The notes under the pieces: generated by a model
Database searches by the model: none
Told to the model about the DNA's origin: nothing
The model's input: only the letters and a program-made list of their open reading frames with translations
Position numbers and translations under genes: made by a program
Shown here: positions 41,169 to 54,500 of the stretch, piece after piece
Numbering within the stretch: the stretch's first letter is position 1
How the letters are laid out: each line of letters begins with the position of its first letter
Assembly (NCBI RefSeq): GCF_044704955.1
Contig: NW_027252691.1
Coordinates: forward strand, 124,001-188,000
DNA: 64,000 nt
Source of the DNA: Pristiophorus japonicus
Taxonomy: Eukaryota
Reading direction: 5' to 3'

Positions 41169-43719
41169 TAGGCAGCCCCCGAAGACAGGAATCCCCCGCT
41201 AATCTTCATTATAGGCCATCCGCGGAGCCAGGAATCCCCCGCTGATCTTCATCATAGTCCGTTCCCCGGAGACAGGAATCCCCCGCGAATCTTCATCACA
41301 GGCAGTCCCCCAGAGCCAGGAATCCCCCGCTAATCTTCATCATAGTCCATCCACCGGAGCCAGGAATCTACCGCTAATCTTCATCATAGTCCATCCCCTG
41401 GAGCCAGCAATCCCCCGCTAATCTACATCATAAGCAGTCACCCCGGAGCCAGGAATTCCCCGCTAATCTTCATCATATGACATCCGCCTGGAGCCAGGAA
41501 TCCCCCGCTAATCTTCATCATAGGCAGTCCCCACGGAGCCAGGAATCCCCCGCAAATCTTCATCATAGGCAGTCCCCCCGGAGCCAGGAATTCCCGGGTA
41601 ATCTTCATCACAGGCAGTCCCCCGGGGCCAAGAATCCCCCGCTAATCTTCATCATAGTCCGTCCCCGGAGCCAGGAATCCCCCGCTAATCCTCATCATAG
41701 GCAGCCCCCGGAGACAGGAATTCCCCGCTAATCTTCATCATAGGCAGTCCCCGGAGACAGGAATCCTCCGCTAATCTTCAGCATAGGCCATCCCCCGGAG
41801 CCAGCAATCCCCCGCTAATCTTCATTATAGGCAGTCCCCCGGAGCCAGAAATCACCCGCTAATCTTCGTCATAGGCCGTACCCCGGAGCCAGGAATCCCC
41901 CGCTAATCTTCATCATAGGCAGTCCCCCCGGAGCCAGAAATCCCCCGCTAATCCTCATCATAGGCAGTCCCCCAGAGCCAGGAGTCCACCGCTAATCTTC
42001 ATCATAGGCAGTCCCCGGAGCCAGGAATCCCCCGCTAATCTTCATCATAGGCAGTCCCCGGAGCCAGGAATCCCCCGCTAATCTTCATCATAGGCAGTCC
42101 CCGGAGCCAGGAATCCCCCGCTAATCTTCATCACAGGCAGTCCCCGGAGCCAGGAATCCCCCGCTAATCTTCATCATAGGCCTTCCCCCCGGAGCCAGGA
42201 ATCCCCCGCTAATCTTCATCATAGACAGTCCCCCCGGAGCCAGAAATCACCCGCTAATCTTCATCATAGGCCGTCCCCGGAGCCAGGAATACCCCGCTCA
42301 TCTTCATCATAGACAGTCCCCCCAGAGCCAGGAATCATCCGCGAATCTTCATCATAGGCAGTCCCCGGAGCCAGGAATCCCCCGCTAATCTTCATCATAG
42401 GCAGTCAACCCGGAGCCAGGAATCATCCGCGAATCTTCATCATAGGCAGTCCCCCCGGAGCCAGGAAACCCCGCTAATCTTCATCATAGGCAGTCAACCC
42501 GGAGCCAGGAATCCCCCGCTAATCTTCATCATAGGCAGTCACCCCCGGAGCCAGGAATCCCTCGCTAATCTTCATCATAGGTCATCCCCCGGATCCAGGA
42601 ATCCCCCGCTAATCTTCATCACAGGCAGTCCCCCAGAGCCAGGAATCCCCCGCTAATCTTCATCACAGGCAGTCCCCGGAGCCAGGAATCCCCCGCTAAT
42701 CTTCATCATAGGCAGTCCCCGGAGCCAGGAATCCCCCGCTAATCTTCATCATAGGCCTTCCCCCCGGAGCCAGGAATCCCCCGCTAATCTTCATCTTAGG
42801 CAGTCCTCCCGGAGCCAGGAATCCCCCGCTAATCCTCATCATAAGCAGTCCCCCCGGAGCCAGGAATCCCCCGCTAATCTTCATCATAGACAGTCCCCCC
42901 GGAGCCAGAAATCACCCGCTAATCTTCATCATAGGCCGTCCCCGGAGCCAGGAATACCCCGCTCATCTTCATCATAGACAGTCCCCCCAGAGCCAGGAAT
43001 CATCTGCGAATCTTCATCATAGGCCGTCCCCGGAGCCAGGAATACCCCGCTCATCTTCATCATAGACAGTCCCCCCAGAGCCAGGAATCATCCGCGAATC
43101 TTCATCATAGGCAGTCCCCGGAGCCAGGAATCCCCCGCTAATCTTCATCATAGGCAGTCAACCCGGAGCCAGGAATCATCCGCTAATCTTCATCATAGGC
43201 CGTCCCCGGAGCCAGGAATCCCCCGCTAATCTTCATCATAGGCAGTCCCCGGAGCCAGGAATCCCCCGCTAATCTTCATCATAGGCCTTCCCCCCGGAGC
43301 CAGGAATCCCCCGCTAATCTTCATCTTAGGCAGTCCTCCCGGAGCCAGGAATCCCCCGCTAATCCTCATCATAAGCAGTCCCCCCGGAGCCAGGAATCCC
43401 CCGCTAATCTTCATCATAGACAGTCACCCCGGAGCCAGAAATCACCCGATAATCTTCATCATAGGCCGTCCCCGGAGCCAAGAATACCCCGCTCATCTTC
43501 ATCATAGACAGTCCCCCCAGAGCCAGGAATCATCTGCGAATCTTCATCATAGGCAGTCCCCGGAGCCAGGAATCCCCCGCTAATCTTCATCATAGGCAGT
43601 CAACCCGGAGCCAGGAATCATCCGCGAATCTTCATCATAGGCAGTCCCCCCGGAGCCAGGAAACCCCGCTAATCTTCATCATAGGCAGTCAACCCGGAGC
43701 CAGGAATCCCCCGCTAATC

Positions 43720-46700
43720 TTCATCATAGGCAGTCCCCCCGGAGCCAGGAATCCCTCGCTAATCTTCATCATAGGTCATCCCCCGGAGCCAGGAATCCCC
43801 CGCTAATCTTCATCACAGGCAGTCCCCCAGAGCCAGGATTCCCCCGCTAATCTTCATCATAGGCAGTCCCCCGTAGCCAGGATTCACCCGCTAATCTTCA
43901 TCATAGTCCGTTCCCCGGAAACAGGAATCCCCCGCTAATCTTCATCACAGGCAGTCCCCCGTAGCCAGGATTCACCCGTTAATCTTCATCATAGGCAGTC
44001 CCCCGTAGCCAGGATTCACCCGTTAATCTTCATCATAGGCAGTCCAGCGGAGCCAGGAATCCCCCGCTAATCTTCATCTTAGGCAGTCCCCCCGGAGCCA
44101 GGAATCCCCCGGTAATCTTCATCACAGGCAGTCCCCCGTAGCCAGGATTCACCCGTTAATCTTCATCATAGGCAGTCCCCCCGGAGCCAGAACTCACCCG
44201 CTAATCTTCATCATAGGCCGTCCCCCCGGAGCCAGAACTCACTCACTAATCTTCATCATAGGCAGTCCCCCCGGAGCCAGAACTCACCCGCTAATCTTCA
44301 TCATAGGCAGTCCCCCCGGAGCCAGAACTCACCCGCTAATCTTCATCATAGGCAGTCCCCCGGAGCCAGGGATCCCCCGCTAATCTTCATCATAGGCAGT
44401 CCCCCGGAGCCAGGGATCCCCCGCTAATCTTCATCATAGGCAGTCCCCCAGAGCCAGGAATCCCCCGCTAATCTTCATCATAGGCAGTCCCCCGGAGCCC
44501 TGAATCCCCCGCTCATCTTCATCATAGACAGTCACCCCAGAGCCAGGTATCCACCGCTAATCTTCATCATAGTCCGTTCCCCGGAGACAGGAAACCCCCG
44601 CTAATCTTCATCATAGTCCGTCCCCCGGAGCCAGGAATCCCCCGCTAATCTTCATCATAGGCAGTCCCCCAGAGCTAGGATTCCCCCGCTAATCTTCATC
44701 ATAGGCAGTCCCCGGAGCCAGGAATCGCCCGCTAATCTTCATCACAGGCAGTCCCCGGAGCCAGGAATCCCCCGCTAATCTTCATCATCGGCAGTCCCCG
44801 GAGCCAGGAATCCCCCGCTAATCTTCATCATAGACAGTCCTCCCGGAGCCAGAAATCACCCGCTAATCTTCATCATAGGCCGTCCCCGGAGCCAGGAATA
44901 CCCCGCTCATCTTCATCATAGACAGTCCCCCCAGAGCCAGGAATCATCCGCGAATCTTCATCATAGGCAGTCCCCGGAGCCAGGAATCCCCCGCTAATCT
45001 TCATCATAGGCAGTCAACCCGGAGCCAGGAATCATCCGCTAATCTTCATCATAGGCCGTCCCCGGAGCCAGGAATCCCCCGCTAATCTTCATCATAGGCA
45101 GTCCCCGGAGCCAGGAATCCCCCGCTAATCTTCATCATAGGCCTTCCCCCCGGAGCCAGGAATCCCCCGCTAATCTTCATCATAGGCAGTCCCCCCGGAG
45201 CCAGGAATCCCTCGCTAATCTTCATCATAGGTCATCCCCCGGAGCCAGGAATCCCCCGCTAATCTTCATCACAGGCAGTCCCCCAGAGCCAGGATTCCCC
45301 CGCTAATCTTCATCATAGGCAGTCCCCCGTAGCCAGGATTCACCCGCTAATCTTCATCATAGTCCGTTCCCCGGAAACAGGAATCCCCCGCTAATCTTCA
45401 TCACAGGCAGTCCCCCGTAGCCAGGATTCACCCGTTAATCTTCATCATAGGCAGTCCCCCGTAGCCAGGATTCACCCGTTAATCTTCATCATAGGCAGTC
45501 CAGCGGAGCCAGGAATCCCCCGCTAATCTTCATCTTAGGCAGTCCCCCCGGAGCCAGGAATCCCCCGGTAATCTTCATCACAGGCAGTCCCCCGTAGCCA
45601 GGATTCACCCGTTAATCTTCATCATAGGCAGTCCCCCCGGAGCCAGAACTCACCCGCTAATCTTCATCATAGGCCGTCCCCCCGGAGCCAGAACTCACTC
45701 ACTAATCTTCATCATAGGCAGTCCCCCCGGAGCCAGAACTCACCCGCTAATCTTCATCATAGGCAGTCCCCCCGGAGCCAGAACTCACCCGCTAATCTTC
45801 ATCATAGGCAGTCCCCCGGAGCCAGGGATCCCCCGCTAATCTTCATCATAGGCAGTCCCCCGGAGCCAGGGATCCCCCGCTAATCTTCATCATAGGCAGT
45901 CCCCCAGAGCCAGGAATCCCCCGCTAATCTTCATCATAGGCAGTCCCCCGGAGCCCTGAATCCCCCGCTCATCTTCATCATAGACAGTCACCCCAGAGCC
46001 AGGTATCCACCGCTAATCTTCATCATAGTCCGTTCCCCGGAGACAGGAAACCCCCGCTAATCTTCATCATAGTCCGTCCCCCGGAGCCAGGAATCCCCCG
46101 CTAATCTTCATCATAGGCAGTCCCCCAGAGCTAGGATTCCCCCGCTAATCTTCATCATAGGCAGTCCCCGGAGCCAGGAATCGCCCGCTAATCTTCATCA
46201 CAGGCAGTCCCCGGAGCCAGGAATCCCCCGCTAATCTTCATCATAGGCAGTCCCCGGAGCCAGGAATCCCCCGCTAATCTTCATCATAGACAGTCCTCCC
46301 GGAGCCAGAAATCACCCGCTAATCTTCATCATAGGCCGTCCCCGGAGCCAGGAATACCCCGCTCATCTTCATCATAGACAGTCCCCCCAGAGCCAGGAAT
46401 CATCCGCGAATCTTCATCATAGGCAGTCCCCGGAGCCAGGAATCCCCCGCTAATCTTCATCATAGGCAGTCAACCCGGAGCCAGGAATCATCCGCTAATC
46501 TTCATCATAGGCCGTCCCCGGAGCCAGGAATCCCCCGCTAATCTTCATCATAGGCAGTCCCCGGAGCCAGGAATCCCCCGCTAATCTTCATCATAGGCCT
46601 TCCCCCCGGAGCCAGGAATCCCCCGCTAATCTTCATCTTAGGCAGTCCTCCCGGAGCCAGGAATCCCCCGCTAATCCTCATCATAAGCAGTCCCCCCGGA

Positions 46701-48560
46701 GCCAGGAATCCCCCGCTAATCTTCATCATAGACAGTCACCCCGGAGCCAGAAATCACCCGCTAATCTTCATCATAGGCCGTCCCCGGAGCCAGGAATACC
46801 CCGCTCATCTTCATCATAGACAGTCCCCCCAGAGCCAGGAATCATTTGCGAATCTTCATCATAGGCAGTCCCCGGAGCCAGGAATCCCTCGCTAATCTTC
46901 ATCATAGGTCATCCCCCGGAGCCAGGAATCCCCCGCTAATCTTCATCACAGGCAGTCCCCCAGAGCCAGGATTCCCCCGCTAATCTTCATCATAGGCAGT
47001 CCCCCGTAGCCAGGATTCACCCGCTAATCTTCATCATAGTCCGTTCCCCGGAAACAGGAATCCCCCGCTAATCTTCATCACAGGCAGTCCCCCGTAGCCA
47101 GGATTCACCCGTTAATCTTCATCATAGGCAGTCCCCCGTAGCCAGGATTCACCCGTTAATCTTCATCATAGGCAGTCCAGCGGAGCCAGGAATCCCCCGC
47201 TAATCTTCATCTTAGGCAGTCCCCCCGGAGCCAGGAATCCCCCGGTAATCTTCATCACAGGCAGTCCCCCGTAGCCAGGATTCACCCGTTAATCTTCATC
47301 ATAGGCAGTCCCCCCGGAGCCAGAACTCACCCGCTAATCTTCATCATAGGCCGTCCCCCCGGAGCCAGAACTCACTCACTAATCTTCATCATAGGCAGTC
47401 CCCCCGGAGCCAGAACTCACCCGCTAATCTTCATCATAGGCAGTCCCCCCGGAGCCAGAACTCACCCGCTAATCTTCATCATAGGCAGTCCCCCGGAGCC
47501 AGGGATCCCCCGCTAATCTTCATCATAGGCAGTCCCCCGGAGCCAGGGATCCCCCGCTAATCTTCATCATAGGCAGTCCCCCAGAGCCAGGAATCCCCCG
47601 CTAATCTTCATCATAGGCAGTCCCCCGGAGCCCTGAATCCCCCGCTCATCTTCATCATAGACAGTCACCCCAGAGCCAGGTATCCACCGCTAATCTTCAT
47701 CATAGTCCGTTCCCCGGAGACAGGAAACCCCCGCTAATCTTCATCATAGTCCGTCCCCCGGAGCCAGGAATCCCCCGCTAATCTTCATCATAGGCAGTCC
47801 CCCAGAGCTAGGATTCCCCCGCTAATCTTCATCATAGGCAGTCCCCGGAGCCAGGAATCGCCCGCTAATCTTCATCACAGGCAGTCCCCGGAGCCAGGAA
47901 TCCCCCGCTAATCTTCATCATAGGCAGTCCCCGGAGCCAGGAATCCCCCGCTAATCTTCATCATAGACAGTCCTCCCGGAGCCAGAAATCACCCGCTAAT
48001 CTTCATCATAGGCCGTCCCCGGAGCCAGGAATACCCCGCTCATCTTCATCATAGACAGTCCCCCCAGAGCCAGGAATCATCCGCGAATCTTCATCATAGG
48101 CAGTCCCCGGAGCCAGGAATCCCCCGCTAATCTTCATCATAGGCAGTCAACCCGGAGCCAGGAATCATCCGCTAATCTTCATCATAGGCCGTCCCCGGAG
48201 CCAGGAATCCCCCGCTAATCTTCATCATAGGCAGTCCCCGGAGCCAGGAATCCCCCGCTAATCTTCATCATAGGCCTTCCCCCCGGAGCCAGGAATCCCC
48301 CGCTAATCTTCATCTTAGGCAGTCCTCCCGGAGCCAGGAATCCCCCGCTAATCCTCATCATAAGCAGTCCCCCCGGAGCCAGGAATCCCGCGCTAATCTT
48401 CATCATAGACAGTCACCCCGGAGCCAGAAATCACCCGCTAATCTTCATCATAGGCCGTCCCCGGAGCCAGGAATACCCCGCTCATCTTCATCATAGACAG
48501 TCCCCCCAGAGCCAGGAATCATTTGCGAATCTTCATCATAGGCAGTCCCCGGAGCCAGGA
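43720..48560. repeat. Three related higher-order units with spacings 1456 and 1677 bp
   Basis: Marker GGAATCGCCC has its variant G at 44727, 46183 and 47860. GACAGTCCTCCC and ACTCACTCACT recur with it. ORF offset 46538/48215 equals 1677. Confidence 0.85.
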
Positions 48561-51500
48561 ATCCCCCGCTAATCTTCATCATAGGCAGTCAACCCGGAGC
48601 CAGGAATCATCCGCGAATCTTCATCATAGGCAGTCCCCCCGGAGCCAGGAAACCCCGCTAATCTTCATCATAGGCAGTCAACCCGGAGCCAGGAATCCCC
48701 CGCTAATCTTCATCATAGGCAGTCCCCCCGGAGCCAGGAATCCCTCGCTAATCTTCATCATAGGTCATCCCCCGGAGCCAGGAATCCCCCGCTAATCTTC
48801 ATCACAGGCTGTCCCCCAGAGCCAGGATTCCCCCGCTAATCTTCATCACAGGCAGTCCCCCGTAGCCAGGATTCACCCGTTAATCTTCATCATAGGCAGT
48901 CCCCCGTAGCCAGGATTCACCCGTTAATCTTCATCATAGGCAGTCCAGCGGAGCCAGGAATCCCCCGCTAATCTTCATCTTAGGCAGTCCCCCCGGAGCC
49001 AGGAATCCCCCGGTAATCTTCATCAGAGGCAGTCCCCCGTAGCCAGGATTCACCCGTTAATCTTCATCATAGGCAGTCCCCCGGAGCCAGGGATCCCCCG
49101 CTAATCTTCATCATAGGCAGTCCCCCAGAGCCAGGAATCCCCCGCTAATCTTCATCATAGGCAGTCCCCCGGAGCCCTGAATCCCCCGCTCATCTTCATC
49201 ATAGACAGTCACCCCAGAGCCAGGTATCCACCGCTAATCTTCATCATAGTCCGTTCCCCGGAGACAGGAAACCCCCGCTAATCTTCATCATAGTCCGTCC
49301 CCCGGAGCCAGGAATCCCCCGCTAATCTTCATCATAGGCAGTCCCCCAGAGCTAGGATTCCCCCGCTAATCTTCATCATAGGCAGTCCCCGGAGCCAGGA
49401 ATCCCCCGCTAATCTTCATCACAGGCAGTCCCCGGAGCCAGGAATCCCCCGCTAATCTTCATCATAGGCAGTCCCCGGAGCCAGGAATCCCCCGCTAATC
49501 TTCATCATAGGCCTTCCCCCCGGAGCCAGGAATCCCCCGTTAATCTTCATCTTAGGCAGTCCTCCCGGAGCCAGGAATCCCCCGCTAATCTTCATCTTAG
49601 GCAGTCCTCCCGGAGCCAGGAATCCCCCGCTAATCCTCATCATAAGCAGTCCCCCCGGAGCCAGGAATCCCCCGCTAATCTTCATCATAGACAGTCCCCC
49701 CGGAGCCAGAAATCACCCGCTAATCTTCATCATAGGCCGTCCCCGGAGCCAGGAATACCCCGCTCATCTTCATCATAGACAGTCCCCCCAGAGCCAGGAA
49801 TCATCCGCGAATCTTCATCATAGGCAGTCCCCGGAGCCAGGAATCCCCCGCTAATCTTCATCATAGGCAGTCAACCCGGAGCCAGGAATCATCCGCGAAT
49901 CTTCATCATAGGCAGTCCCCCCAGAGCCAGGAAACCCCGCTAATCTTCATCATAGGCAGTCAACCCGGAGCCAGGAATCCCCTGCTAATCTTCATCATAG
50001 GCAGTCCCCCCGGAGCCAGGAATCCCTCGCTAATCTTCATCATAGGTCATCCCCCGGATCCAGGAATCCCCCGCTAATCTTCATCACAGGCAGTCCCCCA
50101 GAGCCAGGATTCCCCCGCTAATCTTCATCATAGTCCATCCCCCGTAGGCAGGATTCACCCGCTAATCTTCATCATAGTCCGTTCCCCGGAAACAGGAATC
50201 CCCCGCTAATCTTCATCATAGGCAGTCCCCCGTAGCCAGGATTCATCCGTTAATCTTCATCATAGGCAGTCCCCCGTAGCCAGGATTCACCCGTTAATCT
50301 TCATCTTAGGCAGTGCCCCCGGAGCCAGGAATCCCCCGCTAATCTTCATCACAGGCAGTCCCCCGTAGCCAGGAATCCCCCGCTAATCTTCATCACAGGC
50401 AGTCCCCCGTAGCCAGGATTCACCCGTTAATCTTCATCACAGGCAGTCCCCCGTAGCCAGGATTCACCCGTTAATCTTCATCACAGGCAGTCCCCCGTAG
50501 CCAGGATTCACCCGTTAATCTTCATCATAGGCAGTCCAGCGGAGCCAGGAATCCCCCGCTAATCTTCATCATAGGCAGCCCCCCGGAGCCAGGAATCCCT
50601 CGCTAATCTTCATCATAGGCAGTCCCACCGGAGCCAGAACTCACCCGCTAATCTTCATCATAGGCCGTCCCACCGGAGCCAGGAATCCCCCGCTAATCCT
50701 CATCATAGGCCATCCCCCCGGAGCCAGGGATCCCCCGCTAATCTTCATCATAGGCAGTCCCCCGGAGCCAGGGATCCCCCGCTAATCTTCATCATAGGCA
50801 GTCCCCTGGAGCCAGGGATCCCCCGCTAATCTTCATCATAGGCAGTCCCCGGAGCCAGGAATCTCCCACTAATCTTCAGAATAGGCAGTCCCCCCGGAGC
50901 CAGGAATCTCCCACTAATCTTCATCATAGGCAGTCCCCGGAGCCAGGAATCTCCCACTAATCTTCATCATCGACAGTCACCCCGGAGCCAGGAATCCTCC
51001 GCTAATCTTCATCATAGGCAGCCCCCAGAGCCAGAAATCCCCCGGTAATCTTCATCATAGGCAGCCCCCGAAGACAGGAATCCCCCGCTAATCTTCATTA
51101 TAGGCCATCCGCGGAGCCAGGAATCCCCCGCTGATCTTCATCATAGTCCGTTCCCCGGAGACAGGAATCCCCCGCTAATCTTCATCACAGGCAGTCCCCC
51201 AGAGCCAGGAATCCCCCGCTAATCTTCATCATAGTCCATCCACCGGAGCCAGGAATCTACCGCTAATCTTCATCATAGTCCATCCCCTGGAGCCAGCAAT
51301 CCCCCGCTAATCTACATCATAAGCAGTCACCCCGGAGCCAGGAATTCCCCACTAATCTTCATCATAGGACATCCGCCTGGAGCCAGGAATCCCCCGCTAA
51401 TCTTCATCATAGGCAGTCCCCACGGAGCCAGGAATCCCCCGCAAATCTTCATCATAGGCAGTCCCCCCGGAGCCAGGAATCCCCGGGTAATCTTCATCAC

Positions 51501-54500
51501 AGGCAGTCCCCCGGGGCCAAGAATCCCCCGCTAATCTTCATCATAGTCCGTCCCCGGAGCCAGGAATCCCCCGCTAATCCTCATCATAGGCAGCCCCCGG
51601 AGACAGGAATTCCCCGCTAATCTTCATCATAGGTAGTCCCCGGAGACAGGAATCCTCCGCTAATTTTCAGCATAGGCCATCCCCCGGAGCCAGCAATCCC
51701 CCGCTAATCTTCATCATAGGCAGTCCCCTGGAGCCAGAAATCACCCGCTAATCTTCGTCATAGGCCGTCCCCGGAGCCAGGAATCCCCCGCTAATCTTCA
51801 TCATAGGCAGTCCCCCCGGAGCCAGAAATCCCCCACTAATCCTCATCATAGGCAGTCCCCCAGAGCCAGGAGTCCACCGCTAATCTTCATCATAGGCAGT
51901 CCCCGGAGCCAGGAATCCCCCGCTAATCTTCATCATAGGCAGTCCCCGGAGCCAGGAATCCCCCGCTAATCTTCATCACAGGCAGTCCCCGGAGCCAGGA
52001 ATCCCCCGCTAATCTTCATCATAGGCAGTCCCCGGAGCCAGGAATCCCCCGCTAATCTTCATCATAGGCCTTCCCCCCGGAGCCAGGAATCCCCCGCTAA
52101 TCTTCATCATAGGCAGTCCCCCCCGGAGCCAGGAATCCCTCGCTAATCTTCATCATAGGTCATCCCCCGGATCCAGGAATCCCCCGCTAATCTTCATCAC
52201 AGGCAGTCCCCCAGAGCCAGGAATCCCCCGCTAATCTTCATCACAGGCAGTCCCCGGAGCCAGGAATCCCCCGCTAATCTTCATCATAGGCAGTCCCCGG
52301 AGCCAGGAATCCCCCGCTAATCTTCATCATAGGCCTTCCCCCCGGAGCCAGGAATCCCCCGCTAATCTTCATCTTAGGCAGTCCTCCCGGAGCCAGGAAT
52401 CCCCCGCTAATCCTCATCATAAGCAGTCCCCCCGGAGCCAGGAATCCCCCGCTAATCTTCATCATAGACAGTCCCCCCGGAGCCAGAAATCACCCGCTAA
52501 TCTTCATCATAGGCCGTCCCCGGAGCCAGGAATACCCCGCTCATCTTCATCATAGACAGTCCCCCCAGAGCCAGGAATCATCTGCGAATCTTCATCATAG
52601 GCAGTCCCCGGAGCCAGGAATCCCCCGCTAATCTTCATCATAGGCAGTCAACCCGGAGCCAGGAATCATCCGCGAATCTTCATCATAGGCAGTCCCCCCG
52701 GAGCCAGGAAACCCCGCTAATCTTCATCATAGGCAGTCAACCCGGAGCCAGGAATCCCCCGCTAATCTTCATCATAGGCAGTCCCCCCGGAGCCAGGAAT
52801 CCCTCGCTAATCTTCATCATAGGTCATCCCCCGGAGCCAGGAATCCCCCGCTAATCTTCATCACAGGCAGTCCCCCAGAGCCAGGATTCCCCCGCTAATC
52901 TTCATCATAGGCAGTCCCCCGTAGCCAGGATTCACCCGCTAATCTTCATCATAGTCCGTTCCCCGGAAACAGGAATCCCCCGCTAATCTTCATCACAGGC
53001 AGTCCCCTGTAGCCAGGATTCACCCGTTAATCTTCATCATAGGCAGTCCCCCGTAGCCAGAATTCACCCGTTAATCTTCATCATAGGCAGTCCAGCGGAG
53101 CCAGGAATCCCCCGCTAATCTTCATCTTAGGCAGTCCCCCCGGAGCCAGGAATCCCCCGGTAATCTTCATCACAGGCAGTCCCCCGTAGCCAGGATTCAC
53201 CCGTTAATCTTCATCATAGGCAGTCCCCCCGGAGCCAGAACTCACCCGCTAATCTTCATCATAGGCCGTCCCCCCGGAGCCAGAACTCACTCACTAATCT
53301 TCATCATAGGCAGTCCCCCCGGAGCCAGAACTCACCCGCTAATCTTCATCATAGGCAGTCCCCCCGGAGCCAGAACTCACCCGCTAATCTTCATCATAGG
53401 CAGTCCCCCGGAGCCAGGGATCCCCCGCTAATCTTCATCATAGGCAGTCCCCCGGAGCCAGGGATCCCCCGCTAATCTTCATCATAGGCAGTCCCCCAGA
53501 GCCAGGAATCCCCCGCTAATCTTCATCATAGGCAGTCCCCCGGAGCCCTGAATCCCCCGCTCATCTTCATCATAGACAGTCACCCCAGAGCCAGGTATCC
53601 ACCGCTAATCTTCATCATAGTCCGTTCCCCGGAGACAGGAAACCCCCGCTAATCTTCATCATAGTCCGTCCCCCGGAGCCAGGAATCCCCCGCTAATCTT
53701 CATCATAGGCAGTCCCCCAGAGCTAGGATTCCCCCGCTAATCTTCATCATAGGCAGTCCCCGGAGCCAGGAATCGCCCGCTAATCTTCATCACAGGCAGT
53801 CCCCGGAGCCAGGAATCCCCCGCTAATCTTCATCATAGGCAGTCCCCGGAGCCAGGAATCCCCCGCTAATCTTCATCATAGGCCTTCCCCCCGGAGCCAG
53901 GAATCCCCCACTAATCTTCATCTTAGGCAGTCCTCCCGGAGCCAGGAATCCCCCGCTAATCTTCATCTTAGGCAGTCCTCCCGGAGCCAGGAATCCCCCG
54001 CTAATCCTCATCATAAGCAGTCCCCCCGGAGCCAGGAATCCCCCGCTAATCTTCATCATAGACAGTCCCCCCGGAGCCAGAAATCACCCGCTAATCTTCA
54101 TCATAGGCCGTCCCCGGAGCCAGGAATACCCCGCTCATCTTCATCATAGACAGTCCCCCCAGAGCCAGGAATCATCCGCGAATCTTCATCATAGGCAGTC
54201 CCCGGAGCCAGGAATCCCCCGCTAATCTTCATCATAGGCAGTCAACCCGGAGCCAGGAATCATCCGCTAATCTTCATCATAGGCCGTCCCCGGAGCCAGG
54301 AATCCCCCGCTAATCTTCATCATAGGCAGTCCCCGGAGCCAGGAATCCCCCGCAAATCTTCATCATAGGCCTTCCCCCCGGAGCCAGGAATCCCCCGCTA
54401 ATCTTCATCTTAGGCAGTCCTCCCGGAGCCAGGAATCCCCCGCTAATCCTCATCATAAGCAGTCCCCCCGGAGCCAGGAATCCCCCGCTAATCTTCATCA

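Noticed and set aside
41477-48795. Plus-strand ORFs at 41477-41731 and 48523-48795 (also the minus-strand ORF at 8673-8855)
   Set aside because: These are chance start codons or lost stops from point variants. The translations drift between monomer frames (ANLHHRQSP, LIFIIGSPP), which is typical of translated satellite.
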